NCBI GenBank assembly: GCA_003990765.1
Contig: RBNJ01000087.1
Location: 1 to 42,591 of the forward strand
From: Jimgerdemannia flammicorona
Taxonomy: Eukaryota
Length of the DNA stretch: 42,591 nucleotides
Direction: 5' to 3'
Below are positions 1 to 11,622 of this stretch, one piece after another. How positions within the stretch are numbered: position 1 is the stretch's first letter; the number at the start of each line of letters is the position of its first letter. Under the pieces are notes generated by a model that searched no databases, was not told the origin of the DNA, and saw nothing but the letters and a program-made list of their open reading frames with translations. Both the position numbers and the translations under genes were made by a program.

Positions 1-744
1 CCCCCCCCCTCTCGAGCTCAGAATAGCGCACAATGGCTGACGAACCGCCTTACCATGTGCCAGCGGCCCAAGAGTAATATTTAAGAAAAACCCGTTCAAC
101 CGGTGTATGAGATGGGGGCAATAAAACACTGTGCTTGAGAAAGGGGCAACGCAAGGCCGATTTGGAAGTGTTGCGATTGTCAGATGCTATTTGTAGCCAG
201 TTTAAATCTAGTTTACCTTCGGCTGCTCGAGTTTACTGTTCGTGGCATAGTTTAATCAAGTGTCTCCCTTCTTTTTGGGTTACCTCCCGATCTGTTCATG
301 TGGTCAAAACATGAGTGATTGTGTCCCCCTCCCCCTATAGCAGCAGATGGTGGACCTTGAGGAGTCAAACAGACGATAAGTGTTGATGATTTCATTTTGT
401 AGGGTATGTTTTTGACATGCGCTCGTGCTCCAAGGGAGGGCTATCCTTCCCATAATGCATTTGGTATTGTGTCTCGCCTTTAATAAGACCAGAAAAAAAA
501 GAAAAAAAAAAAGGGGGGGGGGGGAGCCTCGGAGAGTCTCTTTTTCGAAATGAAGTGTTGCCAACTGCAATATCAGTGAATGCAATTGTCGCAATCATAT
601 ACAGTAGCTCATTAGATTTTGATATCTTTTTCCGGGTTTCTCAGCCGTTTCGCTAACCACATGCCCAACTCCGTCCGACCCTTTGCACAAAAGCAATATA
701 ATCAAAACAGTCAAGAATAAAAATAAATATATAAAAATATAAAA

Positions 745-775
<31 letters not shown>

Positions 776-3700
776 CAGACAAAAAAAAAAAAAAAAATAT
801 AAAAAAATAAAAATATTAAAAAAAAAAAAAAAAATTAAAAAAAGGCACAACCTACCGATTGATTGGACATCCCCCAATAAGAATGTCGATAGTTCCAACA
901 AATCTATGCCTCGCAGCTCGCTTTTTCTTCTCTTCCAGGCAGGAATCGGAGGAAAGAGAACCTTATGCTGGGAAAAAAAATTTAAAAAAAAAAAATGTCC
1001 GCCCTCCGCACCCACCGGGGCATTCTCCTTTCCAGGCAAGAAGCGGGGATAACTAGGCCGCACAATGAACTCACCACCAGTGTGGGAGGGAATTAAAAAC
1101 GTGGTGCCGTAGACTGCCTGAAGGTTGATCATCTCGTTGCGTTATCGTTGTCACACATCATATGCCGCTAGTTCGAATGACAGCCGATCAAGTGACAGCG
1201 CTTGCAAGTCGTAGGTTATGGTAAGTACCACCAAGGTTCCGTCCTTTGACAGGTGCCGCGGATCTGGGCTTGGGAAGGAGGACGATGACGACTGTGGGGT
1301 AGGTGAAATCCAGTGGATTGGTTTCGAAAGGGTGCGAATGGGGAGGCTGGTGAGTGCTCGTGGGAAGGTAGTTCAATTCAAGGGAACTGGGATTGAGCAT
1401 CGAGGGAAGTGTTCGTAAACCCCATGGATCCTTTCTAAATTTTCTACTAACCGCTTCATTATTCTTCCAGGACTTCAATTCTAATTCTATACTCCTAAGT
1501 TTCAAACATGCAAAGTGCTTAAGCAATTCTACTTACTGAAATCCACAAGCACCATCTCTCTTCGTTGTATTAAATGCAGCAATTGATTGTCAGCCCAGAT
1601 TTTTCTTAGGCTCGTATACCTTAGTTTTGCAACACCTCTCGTAATTTATTGTACTTTGTTGTTAAGACAGCTCTAGCTCCCATCAATATATCAAACCATT
1701 AAAAGCTCATATTTAATCACTTCAAAATTTTATTCAAAGTCGAAGCCCGGTAAAGTAACCGAATCTTTAACGAAATATGCAAAATAATACTAGCGCCAGT
1801 GTAGATTGAGAGAATAACCTTCCGATAAATCCCGTCGACAGCATATCCCCTTCTCCATTGACGATAATGGTTGAATTCTATGTCTCCATCATAATATCGA
1901 AGAATCCGCACAAGTAAATCCAGTTATAGCCTATACATGGTAATACTATTTTTATAAAAACATTCATACACACAAAATTCCCAGAGACCCTGTTGCACTT
2001 TCGTGTCTGTGCGAGCACACAGGATTAAGAGAGAACACGAGCATCCTTTGCATACTTATGTAATTGTCATCTGAGGCCAAACACCTCATCTCCGAGAGAC
2101 TACAATTCAAGGCATACTGCCGCGGCAAGCCGAACCATCCAAAAAAGGCATACACGTGGCACACAATTCAGAACTATACGGCCGATAACAACATTGGGCA
2201 CACCCTTACCGGCGCCGCATTTGAAGCTGTATACACGCGAGAAGGTTCGGATTCCGAGACACTAACGTGCACCCAGCGGAGAAACTGGCCGAGCTATGGG
2301 AACATGAACCAAAGCGGCCAATGAATAAACGTCCGACTTCAACTTGAAAGCAATCCAATTGAGAAGGTTACGCTCATCGATCATCTAACACTATCTGTCT
2401 CCGTCGACGCTATCGCAAGTCGTCGTGGGAGAACGAAGAAGCGGCGCCTTGTCAAGTCGTGTGCAAGTCGGTTTCGAATACATTTCAACCATTTCCTTGG
2501 TTGGAAGGCAATTGTTTTTCATGGTATTAGTATCAATCATTGACCTTTTTTTTTTTTTTTTGTTTTGTTCATTTATCAATGGGCTCATCGTAAGAAGCCG
2601 TCGTGATAACCTATCAAATAGCGCTGGCACAAAGATTATGAGTCACTGATGAGCGAGAAAGGTTTTGATAACGATACACACATATTTCCTGTTTCGCCAA
2701 TGCGTTAAATTTGTCGCACACTTGGTCTTTCGACGTTAACAGGTCCCCACGTTGGTGGAGCATCAGTCCCATGCGTTTAATGTTACATATTTTGCATTAT
2801 TTCAACCTATCAATGTTCGCTTTCTCAATTATTAAGACATAATGCACAAACACATTCTGCAGGAAAGCCCCACCGCCTATCGCTCATGCGTCAAATTAAC
2901 TCATGCTACCCAATTTTTATGTTATTTATCTGTGTCATCGATCTCTTGCCCTCTCTTAAAAGATATTACTCAACCAGTCAAAATAAGTTTTGCTCATTTT
3001 TTGATATATGAATTATTATTATTATAAATCCGATTTCATCTTGAGCAGAGCATTTGTTATTATTGAATCATAATTCTCAAGTTTAGAAACATGTCATAAG
3101 CAAGAGAGAGAACCGACCGCTAAGGGCATTGGTCATATATTTGGGCGAAACGATTAATTCGCTTTCGCCGATACCATCAGACCTCTTCAATCAACCATTA
3201 ATATCGAACCAAACGACGCTGACACTCTGAAGACGGAAACTATTGGCCCATGACCTCCACTTTTATTTTTATTTTTACCTGACTTGCGAATTAGTGGAAT
3301 TAGATGCAACTGGGCGCTGGATTCGTAACAACAGCAATAAACACAAACCTGTGTGTCAAACCACACACTCATTTCACGCGTTTTATTTCATAAACTCTGA
3401 CTACAGTTATCTTATACGTATATACCATCACAACCACTCATGGGACTTTTTCTAGCGACATTTTGGCTCCTTCCTCACAATCCTCCTCTCATCATCCCCG
3501 ATCCCCTCCAGAAAAGCGGCCCAGAGGCATCCGGACATTGCCCATCGCTTGGCTCGCGGTGGTTATGTCGACCTCGACATTCCTTGTATTCACATTGCTA
3601 TCTCTTTCATTACACTGATCGAAGTAACTCATCTGTGCGTATTTTATGAGGCCACAACGCAACTCTTTCCTTTGGCACTCGACACATAGAAACCATAGTC

Positions 3701-4447
3701 TAACTCCCTAGCACTTTAAATATGACAACCCATTGATGGCCGATCCAGCTTACGCGGCTATAACCCGTGTCCAACGCCCAAGTCGCCCAGTGACATCGCA
3801 CAGAGTCAAAGAGCCTTCACATCACGTCTGACGAAAGGGTCGACGACACGCTCAACGACTACCTACAAATCCATTTCCATCTGCGTGAGCAAAAGTCGAT
3901 GTCAAGCCCAAGCTTCGCCTGAGGGGTGATGCAGTCTATCCTTTTGTTTTAGGTGTTCCGTCAAATAATGTATAAATACCTCACAGTCAACTCTTCAGTG
4001 AAAACCAAGCATTAAAAAGCACAGAGACCAAAGGATTGAGTCGTGAAAACTCAATACATGCACTCGGAGGATCTTTCTCCGGGCTTTGCTTGATCCTTAG
4101 GTCCTTAGGGTCTTAGGCCTATCGGTTGCTCTCGCGTCAAATTGGGGCCTTCCGAACTCGCAGGGGACCTCTTGAGGGGTCGCCAGTGCCCAAAAAGGTC
4201 CTTGGGGGCGATGATACTGAAGAAGGAAGGGAGTTGGGGCCCGCGCCGGTCGAGTGCATGGCGGATTTGACACCATCTTTATCGTGAAGAAGGAATTCCA
4301 TTGGTGAGAGGATGTATACGTATATTTGTTGGTGTTACAGAAAGGTTCCGGTTCACACTTGTTCAAATGCAAAGCCCCTTTATCCATTTGTGGACACCAA
4401 AGGCGCCCAACGATTCTGCTCGCTCGCCCCACCATCAACCCACAAGC

Positions 4448-7421
4448 ATGCCCACCAAATACTCCATGGCCAGCTCACGCTGGCGCCGCATCTTCAGAAC
4501 TTACCGCAACCCGCTCTTCATCGTCGTCATCCTCTTCCTCATCGTCAACCACTTCTACTTCCTCCAGCCTGAAACCCAACCCCCCCAAATCACCCCGAGC
4601 GGTATCTACGGCCTCAAGGGATTCAAGTCCCCTCTCGGCCACGTCCAGCACGAGTTCGGTCCAGAGGACAAGCAGACCGCCGAAATCCGTGAATCCCGCC
4701 GCAACGCCGTCCGCGGCGCGTTCCTGCACGCGTGGAATGGATATCGCACTTACGCCCTTGGTCACGATGAGGTCCGCCCCATGACGAATCTCTCCAAGGA
4801 TCCCTTTGGCGGGTGGGGCGCTACCCTCGTCGACGCTCTGTCAACCATGCTCGTCATGGAGCTGCAGGAGGAATACAATGACGCACGCGACGCCGTCGTG
4901 GCAATTGATTTCACCACCACCATAAACAACGTAGAGATCTCCGTGTTTGAAACAATCATCCGATACCTTGGCGGATTCATCTCCGCATACGAGCTGTCGG
5001 GCGACGAGCTAATGCTCAGGAAGGCCGAGGAGCTCGGCAAGGTCCTGATCCCGGCGTTCAACACGCATTCTGGTCTTCCTTGGTCTCATTGGAATATCAC
5101 AGCGTAAGTATCTCCGAGAAAAGAATCGGATACGAGGGGAAGGGAGGTGGGGCGCTTGTCCGTTTCACGTGAGAAGGAGCAATGCCATCCCGAGATCCTC
5201 GGAACGTCCGAAATGATCCATCCACTCAACATCTCAACACCCTCATCTCTCTCCCTTCAGCCAACGTCACAACATTTCCCATTCAGGATATTACGCCCGG
5301 CCCCCGGGCGCGCCGCGCGGGCACAGTGGCATATCCAATAGCGCCGAAATCTCCACCCTACAGCTCGAGTTTATTCGCCTTTCGGAGCATACGGGTGATC
5401 CTTTCTACGGCGAGAAGGTCGGTCGGGCACGCGTGTTCGTGGATTTTATAGGGTGTGGCTAGTGGTGGTGGGGTGGAGATATATGTGTGTGAATTAGGGC
5501 CATTATGGTGAGAAAGCGGGGGGGCAATCGAGCGCATCTGAGACTTGAATCTTCTTCACAGGCACGAAACATCACCGATATGCTCTACGCCATGGGCTAT
5601 AACGAAGGTGTGAACATTCCCGGGCTATACCCGACGGCGATCGATCTGCAGGACGGCATTTTTATCGGCGGTGAGTAATTTTTTTTTTTCAGGGTGTCAC
5701 GGTGAAGCGGGAATTCGAAGGTGGGATCGTGATTTTGCATCACGTTCTCTGACTCGAACCATTCTTTCATCGTGTGGCTCTGGCAATCCCTACAGGTATA
5801 GCCAGCTTCGGTGGCACGGGCGATAGCATGTTCGAGGTGAGGGTTGGTCTCGCGTTGGGTGGATGTGGATGTGTATGCATATTGGTTGATGGTGTCTGAT
5901 GAAAGAAAAAATCTCTATCGCACATTTATTAGTACTTTCTCAAGGAACATATTCTCGTGGAGGGGGCGGTACCGCAGTACGCGCAGATGTGTAAGTAGTC
6001 CATTTCATTTAGCGCAAAATAAGATTATTATTTATTGTGGGTTGACACATTCCCTCATGGCACCCGCTACAGACATTGAGGCCGTCGAGGGCATGAAAGA
6101 TTACATGCTCTTCCAGGAGACTCAGAATGGCAAGGACTACATCTTCATCGCCCAAGTTGATACTCGCGGGAAGACGCCCATCAACCAGATGGATCACCTG
6201 GTGAGCTCCCGCATACTTTTTTTTTTTTTTTTGGTAATCCTTTCCACATGGTTCTTATCTACTCACCTCTTCCACTCCATCCACCCCATCCTTCTCCCAG
6301 TCCTGCTTCGTTCCAGGTATGCTGGCCTTAGGCGCGCGCGTCCTGAATCGGTCCGAGGACCTCGAGATTGCCAAGGGCATTGCCGAGACGTGCGTCCTGC
6401 TCTACACCTCCACGGAGACAGGTCTGGCGCCGGAGTCATGGTCCTTCCCGGCCCGCATTCCCTATGTCGCGAGAAATTGGGTCACACGTAGCTCCACACC
6501 TACGCCCGGGAAGCTCGTCAAGAGGGCGCCACCAGAGAAGGAGGGAGAGCCAGAGACCGAGGCTCAAGAGTCCGAAGAGGAGGAGGAAGAGGAGGAGGAA
6601 GAGGAGAAGGAGGTGGTGGGGGGGGGGAAGGGGGAGGAAGGTGAGGCGGAAGTGGAGAATGAGACCCAGAACACAGTCATATCAGGGGTGAGCTCCTCCC
6701 AGAATCGTAATCGGTATAGACACCGCCTCGGGGGACCCCGCATTCACAATCCGTGGGGGGCGACCGAGTGGCCGGACTCGACCACAGTCAGAATCGAGAC
6801 CCCGTTGTTCAATGTATTGAATACGGGGTATCTGTTGAGACCTGGTATGTTCTAGGGTTTCTCTGGTTCGTTATTTGATTTCATTATTTTAACCCGTCTC
6901 TCAATTAATCTTCTTCCATACCCCGCCTCCCAACTGCAGAAACGGTCGAGAGCCTCTACATCCTATACCGTATCACGGGCGACACCAAGTGGCAAGAGTA
7001 TGGGTGGACCATCTTCCAGGCGATCGAGCGGAACTGCAAAACCAAGGTAGCATACACGGCCTTGCGGGACGTGACCAACGTGCAGACCATGGAGGAAGCG
7101 GAGGGAGAATCCGGAACTTATTCCAACTTCTCGGATTCTATGGAAAGGTGCGTGGTGAGGGTGGTTGGTTTGGGAGTGAGGCTGGGACGTGTGAACAAGC
7201 ACCTAGCTAACGAGCCCTTTCGCCATCCATCCCGCAGCTTCTTCCTCGCCGAGACCCTCAAGTACCTCTACCTCCTCTTCAGCCCGCCCGACGTCATCTC
7301 TCTCGACAAGTTCGTTTTCAACACCGAGGCCCACCCGTTCATGCGCAGGCCGTACGTGGGGCCTGTAAAGAGCAAAAAACCGGTAGCGGATGCCGAGTCC
7401 GTTAAGAGCCAGAGCCATTAG
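4448..7421 (+). CDS. Glycoside hydrolase family 47 class I alpha-1,2-mannosidase, type II membrane protein, 9 exons
   Basis: Exons joined by eye at GT-AG sites with the frame kept: 4448-5103, 5261-5417, 5562-5670, 5796-5836, 5933-5990, 6073-6200, 6301-6844, 6940-7147, 7238-7421. N-terminal TM ([11 protein letters not shown]). GH47 motifs: [115 protein letters not shown]. Confidence 0.95.
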
Positions 7422-8136
7422 AACACGGATGAGCGCTAAGCGATGTGATGGAAGGTTTAGCTCTAAAATGATGGCATCATTAAACATCGCTATGGGTCGC
7501 GATGTACGGTGCGAACGGGAGACAAAGTGATGTGCCGTTGCATCTTGTACATTTTCGTTCCTTATTTCCGTTTTGTGTCGTACGATTGTTCTTTGGATGG
7601 GTGGGTGGTTGTTTATATATATATATACTGGATTTCGCTCTTGTTTTACTTAGTGCCTGTGTCATTTCCATTTCGTTCTGTGCATACTGAAATGTCAATG
7701 CCATTGATACGTGTCCTCCATACAATATCCTATACAAGGATTTCTGACTACGATATTAATTGTCAATGCCCACGTGACCATCTATAATGACAATAAATAT
7801 CTTCATCTTTATTTATTGAAGATGTCCCTACCGCCCTCCCAAACGTCTACTAAACTATTTCGCCCCTGCAATCAATTATGTATTGAATTCCAAAATATAC
7901 AAATATTTGGTGTGATGTGTGCGTGACGTCACCAAAGGTTGCTTTCGCCAGGTCCACGCCCATTCGACAAGCAGGCAAAAAAAAAAATACCACTGAAGGT
8001 CAACCCTTATCGGTGGATGATTAGGCCCGAGTTGCCATATCGCACGTCTCCTTTCCGTTCTAGCTATCTGGCCGAATCGTGGGCTCAGGAAACATGTTTA
8101 TTGAACCAAATCATCCCTGGTATACAACATACAAAA

Positions 8137-8187
<51 letters not shown>

Positions 8188-8842
8188 CGAGAGGGCAAAA
8201 AAGTGGAGGATACCATATGGTTCCAACCTCCGCACAGCGTCGGAAAAGGCAGCCCCTCGCGCCCGAGTGTATCGGAAGTTTACCTTCATGACGTATATAG
8301 TCTGATGAGCATCGCGAGGCACGGATTGCTTGCGTTCGTCAAAGCTCGTCATTGGAACTACCACCCCTCCCGCCTCCGGCCAATCCAATCCATCCACCCT
8401 CTCTCTCTCCGTCCGTTCCCCCCTCCTCTTCTCTGCCCTTCCCTTCCCTCCCGTCCCTGCTCCCGTTTGCGTTTGCACGTCCCATTACCTCCACATACAC
8501 ACCTCTGGTGCTCGATCCTGACGTCTCCTGTTCTCCCAGACACGCGCCGCGCCTTACTAGCTCCTCGCTCGACATGCATTTACGCACCCTGGCGCTGGCC
8601 ATCACACCGCACCAGTCGCCTCTGGGCGCAAGGGAGTGTATCGGGATTGAATAATGTGAGGGTGTGGAAAATGCACAATTAGGTCTTTCAGAGATGTTTT
8701 GGTAGTCGTACAATTAATATTGAAGGTAGTCATTACGTGCGGAGGGATGGAAGACTGTACAGTAAAGAAAGAATACGCAAACACTATGTACAAAATTCTG
8801 AAATCGTACTCCGTGTACCTCCGCCCTGCCCTACTCCCGCCC

Positions 8843-9895
8843 TTATAACAAATCCTCCAAATCACGCAACGTCACCACGCCTTTCCACCTATTACTCTTA
8901 TCCAACACCGGTAGCATGGAGATGGTATCCCCGTCGGGTCTCTCCTCCATCAACCTCTTCGCCTCAGACGCCATATCCTCGTTTGAGCACGTCACCAGAT
9001 CCCTGCTCATCACATCACTCGCCCGCAGCTGGAACACCCTCTCTCTGAAAGCTATCGCCCGCCTAATGTCCCCGTTCGTAATCACACCCACAATTTTCGC
9101 ATTCGCGTGCTTGTCTCCCCCACCTCCCGGTAGCGGCGACACGGGCTCCATCACCAGCACGGCGCCGCACCTCGGCTTTTTGGTCGCCTCGGCGATCACA
9201 GTGTCCATAAACGCGCCGGGCTCCACCGTCGCCACCTCGCCGTTCCGCACCATCACGTCCTTCACCTTGAGCAGAAGTTTTCGGCCTAGCGAGCCGCCGG
9301 GATGGTTGAGCGCGAAGTGCTCCTTGGTAAACCCGCGCAGCTGACAGAGCGTCAGCGCCAGCGCGTCGCCGATCGCCAGTGCCAGCGTTGTCGACGATGT
9401 CGGCGCAGGGATGTGCGTGCAAGCTTCTGATTTCACGTATCCGTCAAGCCAAACGTCGCACTCGCGCGCGAGCTTCGACTTCGTATTGCCGCCGAGGCCG
9501 ATGATTGGCACGCCGCGGTGCTTGAGCGAGGGGAGGAGTCGGAGAATTTCTTCCGTGTTGCCGGAGAAACTGAGGGCTAACACCGCGTCCTTGGCGCCAA
9601 TGACGCCAAGATCGCCGTGCAGGGCCTCTGTCGGGTGAAGGTAAACGGCGCAAGAGCCTGTGCTTTGGAGCGTCACAACAATCTTCTCGGCGATCTTGCC
9701 TGATTTACCAACGCCCGTGACGACGATCTTACCGCCTTGGTCCACAGCGCGGAAGAGATGGAAGATGGCCTTGTGGTAGCCGTTGTCGTGTGGGTCCTGC
9801 TGGAGACGGTCGGCAGCGTCCAAGAGGGCGTGGGCTTCGGAGCGGAGGATCCGTGCGGCTTCAGTGACCATTTGATCAGAAGTCATGACGGGCAT
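8843..9895 (-). CDS. KpsF/GutQ/KdsD-family arabinose-5-phosphate isomerase-like protein (SIS domain plus CBS pair), intronless, 350 aa
   Basis: Motifs IVVTGVGKSG, STG...HPTEALHGDLG, SFSGNTEE, EAC..PAPTSSTT..LA.GDALA, RGFT.E.FA.NHPGGSLG.KLLL.V.DVM. C-terminal CBS pair (VGVITNGDIRR, LPVLD...GVVTLRDL). Confidence 0.93.
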   Translation of the reverse strand: MPVMTSDQMVTEAARILRSEAHALLDAADRLQQDPHDNGYHKAIFHLFRAVDQGGKIVVTGVGKSGKIAEKIVVTLQSTGSCAVYLHPTEALHGDLGVIGAKDAVLALSFSGNTEEILRLLPSLKHRGVPIIGLGGNTKSKLARECDVWLDGYVKSEACTHIPAPTSSTTLALAIGDALALTLCQLRGFTKEHFALNHPGGSLGRKLLLKVKDVMVRNGEVATVEPGAFMDTVIAEATKKPRCGAVLVMEPVSPLPGGGGDKHANAKIVGVITNGDIRRAIAFRERVFQLRASDVMSRDLVTCSNEDMASEAKRLMEERPDGDTISMLPVLDKSNRWKGVVTLRDLEDLL

Positions 9896-11622
9896 GGTGA
9901 ATAAGAGTATTTGGTGACGAGAGGGTGTATATGTATATGGGAAGAAGGGGTTAAGCTGGTGTGCGTTATATGGTCTAATACGGGTTGTAAAAAGAGACGG
10001 ATGTGTCGAGCCAACTGAGCACGTTCAATGTATGATTTCTAGAGGAGACCCTGATGATTCACGAGTGCTGATGATGCCGAATGTCTTTCGAAAACAAAAA
10101 CTTTTTGAGGAGCCATAAGCACGGCAGTCTCTCCGTTTATATAGACCGCGTCTCGGGCTAGTGCGACGGACTCATCTCGCACGAGCGCGCGGCCAAATAA
10201 TGCCAAATTCTTGGTCTGGTTCCACAGCGCTCGGCATGTGACCTCGCTCATGGCACGGGGCTCGGAGAGTGAGCGATCCTTCGGCTATTGTCTATCAGGG
10301 CATTTTTGTCGTTTGTCTGGGCCGGATTTGTGATGCATCATAGAATTTATTGAATCGGTCCCAAGTCTCATCACCTTCCGATTGTTCGGCCATTCGTCAA
10401 CCATTATTTCTCCATCTGCGTGGCCATAGATCCATCCATCGAATCCTCAATAAACATTTCCCTCCCCTCAGAAATACTTCCTCCCCCGCCATCGCCAAAA
10501 TGACGTCGTAGATAATCATTGAGGTCACCCCCGTGCTCCTACCAGAAATACATATGAAGGGCCAATACATCGAAATGACTGCTGACCGATCGATTCGCCA
10601 TTCCATCCAACTTTCATCTGCTAACTCCCCCAATTATCGTCTCGCGCCGCAGAAGTCCTGGGGCAGAGATAGGGGAATCACTATACCCGGCACCGATAGA
10701 CTCGGCCGCCGATAGTGAGGGATGAAAAGCATGCGCAGAAAGAGGTCATCTCGGTTGTGGTAGAACTTGGGTCTGGCGACCGAGAGGGGACAATGACCCC
10801 TAGGACGCATTGAAAGTTGTCCGATAAACAAGGCTTCTTGTGTTTCTTTTGGGTTCGTTGGGTATCGCGCGTAGGAATGGCTCCTTGCGATCATGGACAG
10901 GTTGCGAAAATTGTCGGGATACACAAGGTCGGATGCTGGGAGATAGTACGCAAGGTTTGTTCCACCGGTGATTTGGATTTCATTTCGTTAGTTGATCCGG
11001 AGTAAGGTCCGAGCTTGCGTGGCCCCGAAACTCATGGCCGACAAAGTCCACATTTCTGAACAAAACCCCTCTATCCACTACTTGTCATCACCCTCTCACA
11101 ATTTCCTTTTTTTACATTTTTTTACAAATAAGCAAACCGATCCGGACCTCAAGCTACGCCATTTATATCCGGTTGCTATGCCCTCACCTGCGGGGAAATT
11201 GGCGCGACGTCGCGTCGCGACCCATTATCAATACAATTTGCCAAACACGACCCGTACGGAAAAAGACCCCGAATTTGGTTTATCGTCTGATAGGTTGACA
11301 AGCATGTGTCCAGACATGAATGGGTGTAAATAATGTTTGTTTTGATGGCATGTGAAGGTTGGAAGACGTGTTTACATAGCGGTAACTCACTTCCTTGCTG
11401 AGGTTACACACCGGATCCGGCGCAGTCGCGACGCAAAACTGATTCCTATTTATACTTTCATAGATGAAATCGAGACAAAATAATGATAGCAATAGCCTAC
11501 TGCAACGTAAGTCAATCAAAATAGCTTAAACGAAGGCCGTGAGGAGGTCGGGTGTACCTATGACCAGTGCCTGGGTGCCAATCATACAATTTTATCCTCG
11601 GCTAAACTTCAATGCCCATATG

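Noticed and set aside
715-843. A-rich tract as a retroelement tail
   Set aside because: No TSD or element body was found, and homopolymers are common throughout this sequence.
300-1530. Short ORFs and possible decayed minus-strand exons (e.g. MINLQAVYGTTFLIPSHTG followed by GTGAG)
   Set aside because: No recognisable motif and in-frame stops upstream. The longer ORFs arise from poly-A/T tracts.
7939-8682. 247-aa ORF with poly-Lys
   Set aside because: An artefact of the poly-A run at ~8138-8184 and pyrimidine-rich intergenic sequence.
8843-9895. Bacterial contamination or chimeric assembly
   Set aside because: The flanks look eukaryotic, there is no operon context, and composition resembles neighbouring exons.
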